Notes: generated from the sequence alone by a model not told the origin. A DNA stretch of 14,418 nucleotides from Octopus sinensis (GCF_006345805.1 NW_021825791.1:1-14418), one strand, 5' to 3'. Shown: positions 1 through 9,563, counted from the stretch's first letter. Numbers and translations: made by a program.

Positions 1-52
1 AGAGAGAGGGGGACAGATCAAGTAAAAGAGAGAGAGAGAGAGACAAACAGAG
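1..52. repeat. Imperfect (GA)n microsatellite
   Basis: agagagaggg...gagagagagagagaga seen directly. Confidence 0.8.
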
Positions 53-59
53 AGTCGTA

Positions 60-430
60 CCAATTATTAAGAATATGTGTTCACATTAATGATAAGGAGG
101 GTACGGGGCGCCTGGAATATATGTTAAGGTATGTAGAAAAATACAACATGGACAAGAACGTATAACTCTTAGAAGACGATACAATAAACATGACAGGACA
201 TTCGAACCCCTCAGTCTTCAGTCAAGAACCGGATCATCGTAGTAATTTCGGCTGATTAATCTTGAGATTACTAGATCACGGCCAGCCCTCCAAGAAAAAC
301 TAAGCAACAAGCATTAGAAAAACTAAGCTGGAAGCGTAGATTTCCTGGAAGAAGGATCGAATGCATACGGACACCAGGACAGCAAAAGGGACAGATATAA
401 AAAAAAACAAAAAAACAAAAACAATAATGG
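60..430 (+). mobile_element. Unclassified repeat-like segment, possibly a Penelope-like element relic
   Basis: 132-191 translates to CRKIQHGQERITLRRRYNKH, loosely like the GIY-YIG 'YIGxT-R-L-R-xEH' motif. A hammerhead-like motif lies nearby. Weak. Confidence 0.2.
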
Positions 431-452
431 AATACAGAAACATGAAATACTA

Positions 453-454
<2 letters not shown>

Positions 455-491
<37 letters not shown>
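455..491. repeat. (TA)n microsatellite
   Basis: Pure TA run. Confidence 0.95.
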
Positions 492-496
<5 letters not shown>

Positions 497-544
497 TTAC
501 AGAACAAGCAGGTAGTATTTTGACTCTCAGTAAAGTGGACAAAG

Positions 545-582
545 TCTTTTACGTTTCGAACCTACGCTCTTCAACAGAAAGA
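545..582 (-). ncRNA. Minimal type I hammerhead ribozyme-like motif (core variant CUGUUGA)
   Basis: Minus strand reads TCTTT-CTGTTGA-A-GAGC-gtag-GTTC-GAAA-CG-TA-AAAGA. Stem I TCTTT/AAAGA, stem II GAGC/GTTC, palindromic ACGT helix III, GUA cleavage triplet. A6 is replaced by U. Confidence 0.6.
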
Positions 583-670
583 AATAAGAGAAAATAAACG
601 GAGAGAAGGAAAAAAACCCCAAAAACTCGTAGATTTAGCAATCAAGCATGGCGGCTGGTTATATATATAT

Positions 671-1659
671 TTTCTCTTTTACCTGTTTCAGTCATTTGAC
701 TGTGGCCATGTTGGAACACCGCCTTTTACTCAAAGAAATCGACCCCGCCGACTTATTCTTGGTTAGTCTGATGCTTATTCTAGCGGTCTCTTCTGCCGAA
801 CCGCTAAGTTACAGGTATATAAACACACCAACATCGGTTGTGAAGCGATGGTGGGTGGGGGACAAACACAGGCACAGACACACACATAAATATATACGAC
901 GGGCTTCTTTCAGTTTTCGTCCACGAAATCCGCTCACAAAGCTTTGGTTGGTCAGAGGCTACAGTAGAAGACATTTCTTTACTGCATACACAGGGGAACA
1001 AACATAGAGGGGGACAAACAAGGATAGACAAAGTCGATTACATCGACCCCAGTGCGTAACTGGTACTTAATTTATCTACCCGGAAAGGATGAAAGGCAAA
1101 GTCCACCTCGGCGGAATTTGAACTCAGAAAGTAACGGCAGACGAAATACCTATTTCTTTACTACCCAGAAGGGGCTAAACACAGAGGGGACAAACAAGGA
1201 CAGACAAAGGGATTAAGTCGATTATATCGACCCCAGTGCGTAACTGGTACTTAATTTATCTACCCGGAAAGGATGAAAGGCAAAGTCCACCTCGGCGGAA
1301 TTTGAACTCAGAAAGTAACGGCAGACGAAATACCTATTTCTTTACTACCCAGAAGGGGCTAAACACAGAGGGGACAAACAAGGACAGACAAAGGGATTAA
1401 GTCGATTATATCGACCCCAGTGCGTAACTGGTACTTAATTTATCTACCCGGAAAGGATGAAAGGCAAAGTCGACCTCAGCGGAATTTGAACTCAGATCGT
1501 AACGGCAGACGAAATACTGCTAAGCATTTCGCCCGGCGTGCTAACGTTTCTGCCAGCTCGCCGCTACAGTAGAAGACACTTACCCAAGGTGTCACCCAGT
1601 GGGACTGAACCCGGAACCATATAGTTTGGAAACAAGCTTCTTACCACACAGCCACGCCT
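671..1659 (-). mobile_element. tRNA-derived SINE family A, copy 1 (interrupted by the SINE B trimer)
   Basis: Tail (cttttacctgtttcagtcatttgactg) at 671 and head (cttaccacacagccacgcct) at ~1640-1659. Split at 974-1562 by an insert with 16-bp TSD gctacagtagaagaca (958-973, 1563-1578). Confidence 0.9.
974..1562 (-). mobile_element. tRNA-derived SINE family B, head-to-tail trimer (one head, three bodies)
   Basis: 184-bp period (acgaaatac at 1141, 1325, 1509). Single head ...gccagctcgcc at ~1550-1562. Central gcctttcatccttt..gg.tagataaattaagtaccag block resembles the Meta-SINE domain (from memory). 16-bp TSD. Confidence 0.9.
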
Positions 1660-1883
1660 ACACCTATATACTCATACGTACGCATACATATTTATAAACA
1701 CATATGCATGTGCACATGTATACATATGTTTGGATGCGTGTGTGAGTATGTGAAAGTGATGTGTGTGCACGCGTATGCTTGTTTACATTTTTCAGATCGA
1801 TGAAATCAGTAAAATATGTCATCCTTTATTTGGAAAAGGAAATTAGGGCTTCTCTCAGAAAGGGCAAACAAGGGGAAATGATT

Positions 1884-2038
1884 TGTGTGCGTGTGTGCGT
1901 GTGTGCGTGTGCATGTTTATATGTGTGCGTGCGTGCGTGTGTGTGGTGTGAGTGTATGTGTGTGTTTGGGAGAGAGACAGTGAGAGAGGGGGAGAGAGAG
2001 GGAGAGAGTGGGAGAGAGGGAAATAGATAGATAGATAA

Positions 2039-2090
<52 letters not shown>

Positions 2091-2102
2091 TGAGAGAGAG
2101 AG
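1884..2102. repeat. Compound microsatellite (GT/GC)n-(GA)n-(GATA)n-(GA)n
   Basis: Seen directly; (GATA)n at about 2023-2077. Confidence 0.9.
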
Positions 2103-2449
2103 AAACTTATAAAATACATAGAATTTACGATAAAAATTTGTAGTTTTATTTTGATTAAAATATCATCGTTTCCGGAGCAAGCCTTTAAATGCTGTCGCCT
2201 GCTTTAGTGTCTCTGACTGTTACTCATTCCGACCCCGTCTGTTGCTTTGCTCTTCTTTCCCTCCAGCGTGACCGACAGAACACATTGCCTTCTATTATAT
2301 TATTGAAGATATAGATGGTTAGTGTTTTTTGGTCGTTTGTGTGTGTGTGTCTGTGTCTGTGCGTTTTTGTATGTCTTTCAAAATAGAGACAACGGAAAAC
2401 GTACTTTAATAAAATACTTTCATTATAACGACAGATTGTTATTGAGAGA

Positions 2450-2647
2450 AGGCGGCGAGCTGGCAGAAACGTCTGCCGTTACGTTCTGAGTTCAAATTCC
2501 GCCGAGGTCGACTTTGTCTTTCATCCTTTCGGGGTCGATAAATTAAGTACCAGTTACACTCTGGGGTCGATATAATCGACTTAATCCCTTTGTCTGTCCT
2601 TGTTTGTCCTCTCTGTGTTTAACCCCTTGTGGGCAATAAAGAAATAA
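2450..2647 (+). mobile_element. SINE family B monomer with an internal ~35-bp deletion in the head
   Basis: aggcggcgagctggcagaaac|gtctgccg...gagttcaaattcc (B box)...aaagaaataa. 16-bp TSD with 2 mismatches: gattgttattgagaga 2434-2449 and gactgttgttgagaga 2648-2663. Confidence 0.9.
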
Positions 2648-2676
2648 GACTGTTGTTGAGAGAGAGATTCAGTGAA

Positions 2677-2710
<34 letters not shown>

Positions 2711-2718
2711 GAAGAGAG
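2677..2718. repeat. (GA)n microsatellite
   Basis: Seen directly. Confidence 0.85.
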
Positions 2719-2829
2719 TGAAAGATAAGTAGATAGGTAGACTGTTGTCACCATAGTAACTGACGAGACTTTCACTGTATAATAGTCTACTATTAAAAGA
2801 AGGTGCATACATGATTAACATATATTTTT

Positions 2830-4064
2830 ACCGGCAGCGTGGCAACGGCAAAAAAGACCTAGTTTGTTATAACAGTTATAAGAAGGCTCAACCACTCAAG
2901 CAATATAAGAGGCACTACAAGCTGGCAAATGCGAAAATCCGATATAGAAGATATAGACGACTTTTTCCTTTCAAAAGAAGAACTTATAAGAAAATCAGAC
3001 ATCGTTTTATGACGAGTCCGAGTCGTTATTCCATGTTCGTTAAGAACGTGAACTTAATATTGGAATATCCTCAAATTTCCAATTAATGTCATATTGGAAT
3101 GGAAAAAAATAATCAACTTCTAAGAAATAAAATATTATGTCTCGGTATCGACAGAAAGAATGAAGTGAAAAATGAGAAATTGTTTGATGTTTGTCAATTC
3201 AGCTGTCGGAAACTCTGGAATATGCTAAACATAGGAAGAAACTGCATGCAGGTTTTAAAGATCCGCTAAAGAAAGGAAAATCACCATTAGTAATTGTGGA
3301 TGAGTTGGCCAGAGTTACTTCTCAAGAACCAAATGGGATTTATGTTCAGTGAATTCCTTTTTTGCATTTCGAGAAATTCTACAGAGAGTCGTTTCTGACA
3401 ACGGTTCATAGTTTATGAGCTGTGAGTTTAAGGATTATTCAAGCACAACGGGATTTATAGCATAGAAGACTTACACACTATAATCCCCATGTAATACTCT
3501 AGTAAAGAACAATTGACGAAGTAATCCTGTCATTATATGAAGATGGTAAATAATGTGAAAGGGAAATTCAATAGTTTTTTTTTCCTTATTGCTCTACAGA
3601 AACGAGCAACAATAGTAGCATATTCGATTCTACTTTTAAATCATTTCTGCAACAGAAAAAAAATACAGATAAAGATAACAAGAGTTCACACACAATTCAA
3701 ACATGAAGTACTATGCTAATAGAAAAAACCATGCGATCTGATGCAAGGACGGTCGATCAAGTCGAATCAAATTTTAGCTCGGTTCGTTGTTATTAAGAGC
3801 AAGAGTCGAATTTGGCGTAGGGTTCATGCGGATCATATCTGATATCACATATGTATACTGAGGACATTCATGAGTTCCTGATAATAAGTATATATTCACC
3901 GAAAGATTGAGCGTGATTCGAGTTTCCTGAATGAACCAACTGTTGAAAGTATCAAAAAGTATGATGAGGTGTCACATGAGAGCGAACGTGGTCAGAAATT
4001 TCATGAGCCTCAGCATAGACTACATAGGTCTAAAGGTACCCAAGCAATAAGATATAGTCCTTAG
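2830..4064 (+). pseudogene. Decayed Ty3/gypsy LTR-retrotransposon pol (integrase region)
   Basis: Colinear motifs across frameshifts and stops: FFLSKEEL..RVRVVIPCSLR (2962-3045); HHCC-like CHIGMEKNNQLLRNK..GID..DVCQ (3087-3197); HAGFKDPL..LVIVD (3245-3301); VVSDNGS*FMSCEFKDY (3388-3438); IWRRVHADHI (3810-3839); terminal LHRS..RYSP* (ends 4064). No LTRs seen. Confidence 0.85.
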
Positions 4065-4088
4065 TGTGACTGCAAAATACACAAAATA

Positions 4089-4304
4089 TATTTCTTTACT
4101 GCCCACAAGGGGCTAAACATAGAGGAGACAGACAAAGGGATTAAGTCGATTACATCGACCCCAGTGCGAAACTGGTACTTAATTTATCGACCCCGAAAGG
4201 ATGAAAGGCAAAGTCGACCTCGGCGGAATTTGAACTCAGAACGTAACGACAGACGAAATACGGCTACGCATTTCGTCCGGCATGCTAACGTTTCTGCCAG
4301 CTCG
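4089..4304 (-). mobile_element. SINE family B monomer
   Basis: Tail tatttctttactgcccacaagg through head gtttctgccagctcg, colinear with the other B copies. No clear TSD. Confidence 0.9.
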
Positions 4305-4610
4305 GAAAGCTATAACAGTCATATGCTTGTGGTGCATGCTTCCAACTGCTATTCAAGATGGTTATCAGGAATAGAGTTTGGTTATTAAGCTGAACAAAGT
4401 TTCCAGATACTAAAGGACTTCTTGGAATGTCTTACAGATCTTCACTGTGCCACTAATAGATAGGATTTGGAAAATGTGCGTCAGTTTCTTTTGCTCTTTT
4501 TTTCGTGAAACCGAGTGCTTCTAGGTTTTTGTGCAAATTTGTTGGCACACAACCTAATGCACCTATGAGGATATGTACAAATGAGAATTCATAGTCAGGG
4601 TACAAGAGCT

Positions 4611-4868
4611 ATGTATGTATGTATGTATGTATGTATGTATGTATGTATGTATGTATGTATGTATGTATGTATGCATGCATGTATGTTTGTATGTATGTAT
4701 GTATTTATGTGTGTATGTATGTATGTATATATGTATGTATATGTGCATGTATGTATGTTTGTATGTATGTATGTATTTATGTATGTATGTATGTATGTAT
4801 GTATGTATGTATGTATGTATGCATGCATGTATGTATGTATGTATGTATGTATGTATGTATGTATGTAT
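4611..4868. repeat. Long (TATG)n microsatellite with interruptions
   Basis: Seen directly; source of several spurious MYVC/HTYI ORFs. Confidence 0.95.
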
Positions 4869-4939
4869 ATCAGGTCGCTCTTGAGTGCTACTGGTACCAT
4901 GTAGTTTAGTACAACCTGTTTCATGGTAGTTTCGTAGGC

Positions 4940-5056
4940 AACTAAACTGGCAACCCCACCAAGCTTGCTTGGTGAGGAGGGTGCTTGTTGAACACCCAGC
5001 GGGACAAAAAATAAGACCCGTCAAAGGGCGGAGCAGCTACAACGCAGTCAACGGCC
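4940..5056 (+). other. Unclassified GC-richer, hairpin-dense segment (possible non-LTR retrotransposon 5' UTR fragment)
   Basis: Hairpins caccaagc-tt-gcttggtg (4957-4974), gggtg..caccc (4979-4997) and cccgtc-aaa-gggcgg (5017-5031). Family assignment is inference only. Confidence 0.3.
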
Positions 5057-5112
5057 ATTCAGCTACGTGTGTTTGTGGAGTGTTTGTGTGTGTATTCTTT
5101 ATCTTTTTTTCT

Positions 5113-5318
5113 TTTTTTCTTTTTACTTGTTTCAGTCATTTGACTGCGGCCATGCTGGAGCACCGCCTTTAGTTGAGCAAATCGACCCCGGGAATTATTC
5201 TTTGTAAGCCTAGTACTTATTCTATCGGTCTCTTTTGCTGAACCGCTAAGTAACGGGGACATAAACACACCAGCATCGGTTGTCAAGCAATGCTAGGGGT
5301 ACAAACACAAACACACAA

Positions 5319-5351
<33 letters not shown>

Positions 5352-5512
5352 CATATATACGACGGGCTTCTTTCAGTTTCCGTCTACCAAATCCACTCAC
5401 AAGGCTTTGGTCGGCCTGAGGCTATAGTAGAAGACATTTGCCCAAGGTGCCACGCAGTGGGACCGAACCCGGAACCATGTGATTGGTAAGCAAGCTACTT
5501 ACCACACAGCCA
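5113..5512 (-). mobile_element. SINE family A, copy 2 (near full length)
   Basis: Tail ttttacttgtttcagtcatttgactgcggcc, central (CA)n(TA)n, head cttaccacacagcca. B box is the reverse complement of gggaccgaaccc. Confidence 0.92.
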
Positions 5513-5715
5513 TTTTAAACTCTCTGTGTGTGTGTGTGTATTGTATACATTGTATTTCAGCCTGTGTGTGTGTGTGCATATTGTATGCTGTGTTTTTAAA
5601 TTTTATATATTGTATATCAGTATTTTTATATATTGTATGTTTTATCTATATTTTTTAATCTATTTACATTTTTTTTTATTCATTTACTTATTTTTTTAAA
5701 TATCTATTTTATCCA

Positions 5716-6020
5716 GCCTATGGCTGTATCTAGCGCAGGGACATAGAAATAATCGGACTGAATACTCGGTCGCGCGGTTAAACCATTGAGAATGAAGGAC
5801 CCCTAACCTTTGTTAGGGCATCCTTCTAGGAGAAGGTATCTCAGGTAACTGGGATAACACCGACATAAAACCTGAGTCTCAGTGGTTACCGATGATGTTG
5901 ACTTGTTCTTCTTTTCGGATTATGGCTGCTGTTGTTTAGTGAGTGGGATTGACTCAGTGCACAGCCTTTCCTCACTTTAAAAAAAACAACTTCTTGCACA
6001 GGCATTGCACGATAACAACG
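5716..6020 (+). other. Structured segment, candidate 5' UTR of the downstream RTE element
   Basis: Hairpins ccctaac-cttt-gttaggg (5801-5818) and ccttct-agg-agaagg (5822-5836), plus a ctcaggt/acctgag pair. Lies upstream of the RTE ORF start on the same strand. The link is inferred. Confidence 0.35.
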
Positions 6021-6244
6021 TTGATTTATTGATTGATTGATTAATTGATTAACTAATTAATTTTTGTTGATAGTGCTATGAGTCTCAACTGAATGTCTGG
6101 CTGTAGCCTTAAAAAGCAAACAATTAATGATGTACCAAAACAGTATAAAAATAAATGGCAGTAAGGACTCTGGAACCACATCAGATGAAAGATTCTGGCC
6201 CGGCAGGGGCTCCAGAGCTTCCCAGTCTGAACCCGGCTGTCATC

Positions 6245-6384
6245 ATGCTACTGTGATAGAAACAAACAAAATTTTGAACATTGGCTGTTAGAATGTACGG
6301 ACACTGCTTGACCACGAGCCCTCATAATGTCCTGAACGAAGAAAAGGAATGGTAGTGATATTCAAGCTTTGGCCTGCTAGCCTT
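6245..6384 (+). pseudogene. RTE-clade LINE ORF start (AP-endonuclease N-terminus), decayed
   Basis: 6271-6366 reads [30 protein letters not shown], matching the RTE 'IGTWNVRTLLD...RPERRTALV..EL' motif (TGG to TAG at W). Probable ATG at 6245 in a shifted frame. Confidence 0.75.
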
Positions 6385-6406
6385 CATCATCATCATCATC
6401 ATCACC

Positions 6407-6478
<72 letters not shown>

Positions 6479-6575
6479 GCCTGCCAGTCTGCCTGTCTGT
6501 CTGCCTGCCTGCCCGCCTGTCTGTCTGCCTGTCTGTCTGCCTGCCTGCCTGTCCGTCCGTCCGTCCGTCCGTCTG

Positions 6576-6640
<65 letters not shown>
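6385..6640. repeat. Compound microsatellite (CAT)n-(TCTA)n-(CCTG/TCTG)n-(TCCG)n-(TCTA)n
   Basis: Seen directly. Confidence 0.95.
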
Positions 6641-6641
<1 letters not shown>

Positions 6642-7559
6642 CTTCTATTTTATATAATATCTGTGTGATGTATTAAGTTACCTAAGCCGTATATCAAAGC
6701 TTAGTTTACTCCTCTTACTAGCATTTTCCTTTGTTTTTCTTTCTTTTTCCTGTACATTCTTTCATTTCTTTTCACCATACGCGTACCGGACCGATTCGTC
6801 TAGGTTTCTTAAATTCCTAATTTTTGAAACGCATTTGTTTGAAATTTTGCATTTGCTGAAAATATAAGTATTGCCCTGTACAAATGCATTGTAAATTGTT
6901 ATATTCTATTTAATTTTATTTAATTCATTTTTAATGTTTATACTGTTTTTCGTCAACAGTCGATAAATTTATCCAACAGATTCCATTAATTCTAAAATGC
7001 TATAAGCTCCTGGCCACTTAATTTATTATCACTGTACAATTTCACAAACATTTATAACCTCTTAGAAGAGATACCCGGCGTTACTCGGGATAAAAATGGC
7101 ACACTTTGTATATATATTACAGTTATATTAAAACATGCGATACGAGAAAGTGTAGCATTGACAACAAAACACTTGTGGTGTAAATGATGGGCTAATTCGA
7201 CTAAGCGACGTATCATGCGTCCGTTTGGAGGAGTCCAGGCCCTAACCTATCATGGTAGACTGAGTGGGTATGTGATTTTTGAACGCACTGAAAAGCTATC
7301 ATTGGATCTAGCCTCATTTGCAGCGGTCGACGCTGAGCCTCATTTGCAGCGGTCGACCCATCGTATGGTTGACAGTCGAATGAATGTAAGTGTAATGGAG
7401 ATATTGTACGTATATGGGTACATTCTGGAAAGGGGCTGCAATGGGAGACGGCAACGAGGAAGTGAACTGTTGAAATATTGTAGAAATCGAAGGGTTGACA
7501 TTGAATTGCTGGTGTGGCTGTAGAATACGAAACATAAACTGAGCCTACGTAGTAATGAA

Positions 7560-7752
7560 TTACTACTTCTGGATATATCTTCTGGATATGGGATTGTATC
7601 CACTGACCTATAGATGTGAGGACTTTAAGGAAGGTACTGCAGCAACTGCTCATTAATTTTACTTACAGTGCTGTTATTGGGAGCCAGTATTGCTCTATCA
7701 CTCAGCCAATTGAGATTGTGATAATTTTTTGACCAATGGAGGATCTCCTCTT
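7560..7752 (-). pseudogene. Helitron Pif1-like helicase fragment
   Basis: EEILHWSKNYHNLNWLSDRAILAPNNSTVSKINEQLLQYLP*SPHIYRSVDTIPYPED matches the Helitron RepHel 'WL.ERAILAP.N..V..IN..LL..LPG....Y.S.DT' motif; one in-frame stop. Confidence 0.8.
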
Positions 7753-7769
7753 TGGAGACATTATTATTA

Positions 7770-8057
7770 TTTTTTTTACTTGTTTCAGTCAGTTGACTGC
7801 GGCCATGCTGGAGCACCGCCTTTAGTCGAGCAAATCGACCCCGGGACTTTATTCTTTGTAAGCCCAGTACTTATTCTATCGGTCTCTTTTGCCGAACCGC
7901 TAAGTGACGGGGACATAAACACACCAGCATCAGTTGTCAAGCAATGCTAGGGGGACAAACACAGACACACAAACATATACACACACACTTATATATATAT
8001 ATACATATATACGACAGGCTTCACACTTACCCAAGGTGCCACGCAGTGGGACTGAAC
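7770..8057 (-). mobile_element. SINE family A, copy 3 (internal deletion, head truncated at the B box), nested in the Helitron
   Basis: Tail at 7770. Deletion junction gcttc|acacttacc. Ends at gggactgaac. Confidence 0.9.
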
Positions 8058-8746
8058 GTCAAGAAACATGATGTAATAAAATGAGATGACAATTGTACGT
8101 TACTAATGAAATGGCATTATAAAAAGTTATATAATATCAATATCTTAGCAAATTTTAAGAAATACATACAATGAACTGAGATATGACAATCGAAAACATT
8201 AATTAATATCAATATTTTAAAATGATGAAAAGTATTCAGCGGATTAATCGTGCTGGATGTAAGAAGTACGATCAATTTCTGAAAGTTATTTCACAAAGAG
8301 TTATTTCCCTTTCCACTTAACCCAGGAAAGGGTGTTTTCTGTTCCCAGAGGGCTCGTTATTCGTTATGTGAAAAATTTTAAGAGTCTTGAACCATCTCTG
8401 GAACATAAGTAATGTATGTTCCCAGTTTGGAGAAAATCGGTTGTGAAATTCGAATGTTATATGGGTTTACACACTCAGACACCAGTCACGCACACACACA
8501 CACACAGACACACACATGCACACACACACGCGTGCACGCGCAACATGAGTTTTATATGTATAGATTTAAAAAACATTGTACTATTTCAAAATGTCTCTTT
8601 TGTCTACCAAAATAAAGGCTTGTACGAATATAGATTGGTATACTAAAAGTCATGCGGCAGTACATAGAAGAGTACGTATATGTGTATGTGCAATGATATA
8701 CACGAACAGATAATCGGATGGAGACACAGACAAGCTGAAAGATGGA

Positions 8747-8868
8747 AGAGAGAGAGAGAGAGGGAGAGAGATAGATAGAGAGAGAGAGAGAGGGAGAGAG
8801 ATAGAGATAGAGAGAGAGGGGGAGAGATAGAGAGAGAGAGGGAGAGAGATAGAGAGAGAGAGAGAGAA
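8747..8868. repeat. (GA)n/(GATA) microsatellite
   Basis: Seen directly. Confidence 0.9.
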
Positions 8869-8904
8869 ACAGACACAGACACACATACACATACATATAT
8901 ATAT

Positions 8905-9315
8905 GTCTTTAGTCTTTTAGTCTTTTACTTGTTTCAGTCATTTGACTGTGGCCATGCTGGAGCACCGCCTTTAATCGAGCAACTCGATCCCGGGACTTAT
9001 TCTTTTGTAAGCCCAGTACTTATTCTATCGGTCTCTTTTGCCGAACCGCTAAGTAACGAGGACATAACCACACCAGCATCGGTTGTCAAGCAATGCTAGG
9101 GGGACAAACACAGACACACAAACATACACACACATATATATATACATATATACGACGGGCTTCTTTCAGTTTCCGTCTACCAAATCCACTCACAAGGCTT
9201 TGGTCGACCCGAGGCTATAGCAGAAGACACTTGCCCAAGGTGCCACGCAGTGGGACTGAACCCGGAACCATGTGGTTGGTAAACAAGCTACTTACCACAC
9301 AGCCACTTCTGCGCC
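8905..9315 (-). mobile_element. SINE family A, copy 4 (full length)
   Basis: Sense head ggcgcagaagtggctgtgtgg (A box) and gggttcagtccc (B box). Tail ends in repeated taaaagac units. Confidence 0.93.
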
Positions 9316-9428
9316 ATGTAACTAATTGTTAATAAAAAAAAACAGAAAAAAGACAAGAAAAATACAATAACGCGAGGACGTTGTACATGCAAAGTATTGA
9401 TAAGGCGCCCAGGGAAGGAGAGAAAGGG

Positions 9429-9465
9429 TGTTTTGGGTTTCGAGCAAAGCTCTTTTTCAGAAACA
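9429..9465 (-). ncRNA. Degenerate minimal type I hammerhead-like motif (probably inactive)
   Basis: Minus strand reads TGTTT-CTGAAAA-A-GAGC-ttt-GCTC-GAAA-CC-CA-AAACA. Stems I and II are intact, G8 is replaced by A, and the GU of the cleavage triplet is lost. Confidence 0.5.
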
Positions 9466-9562
9466 GGAGAGAGAGGAAAGGAAATGTATGTAACTAATAC
9501 ATACGCACACTAAGTCTGTTTGTGTAAGTATTAAGTCTAAGTGTGACTGTAAATTGTTTATG

Positions 9563-9563
9563 A

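Larger units (their letters stand above)
7062..8564 (-). mobile_element. Non-autonomous Helitron (both termini, internal helicase relic, nested SINE)
   Basis: Minus-strand 5' end A|TCTATACATATAAAA at 8564, followed by a (TG)n tract. 3' hairpin CCCG-N8-CGGG (7074-7089) lies 8 nt before CTAA (CTRR, 7065-7062). The helicase relic is on the same strand. The 3' flank is G rather than the canonical T. Confidence 0.65.

Noticed and set aside
190-235. Third hammerhead candidate (minus strand CTGAAGA...GAATGTC)
   Set aside because: No stem I or stem II pairing, and GAAA is incomplete.
974-1562. 184-bp tandem units as a CRISPR-like or satellite array
   Set aside because: The units are SINE bodies with no unique spacers.
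2291-2365. Second Helitron 5' end (tctattatatt... followed by (GT)n)
   Set aside because: No matching 3' hairpin/CTRR found, and the motif is too low in complexity.
2811-3086. 91-aa basic ORF
   Set aside because: The gypsy homology lies mainly in other frames, so this frame looks incidental.
8570-8768. Minus-strand exon after the (CT)n tract
   Set aside because: The apparent polypyrimidine tract is only the microsatellite. There is no convincing donor or protein motif.
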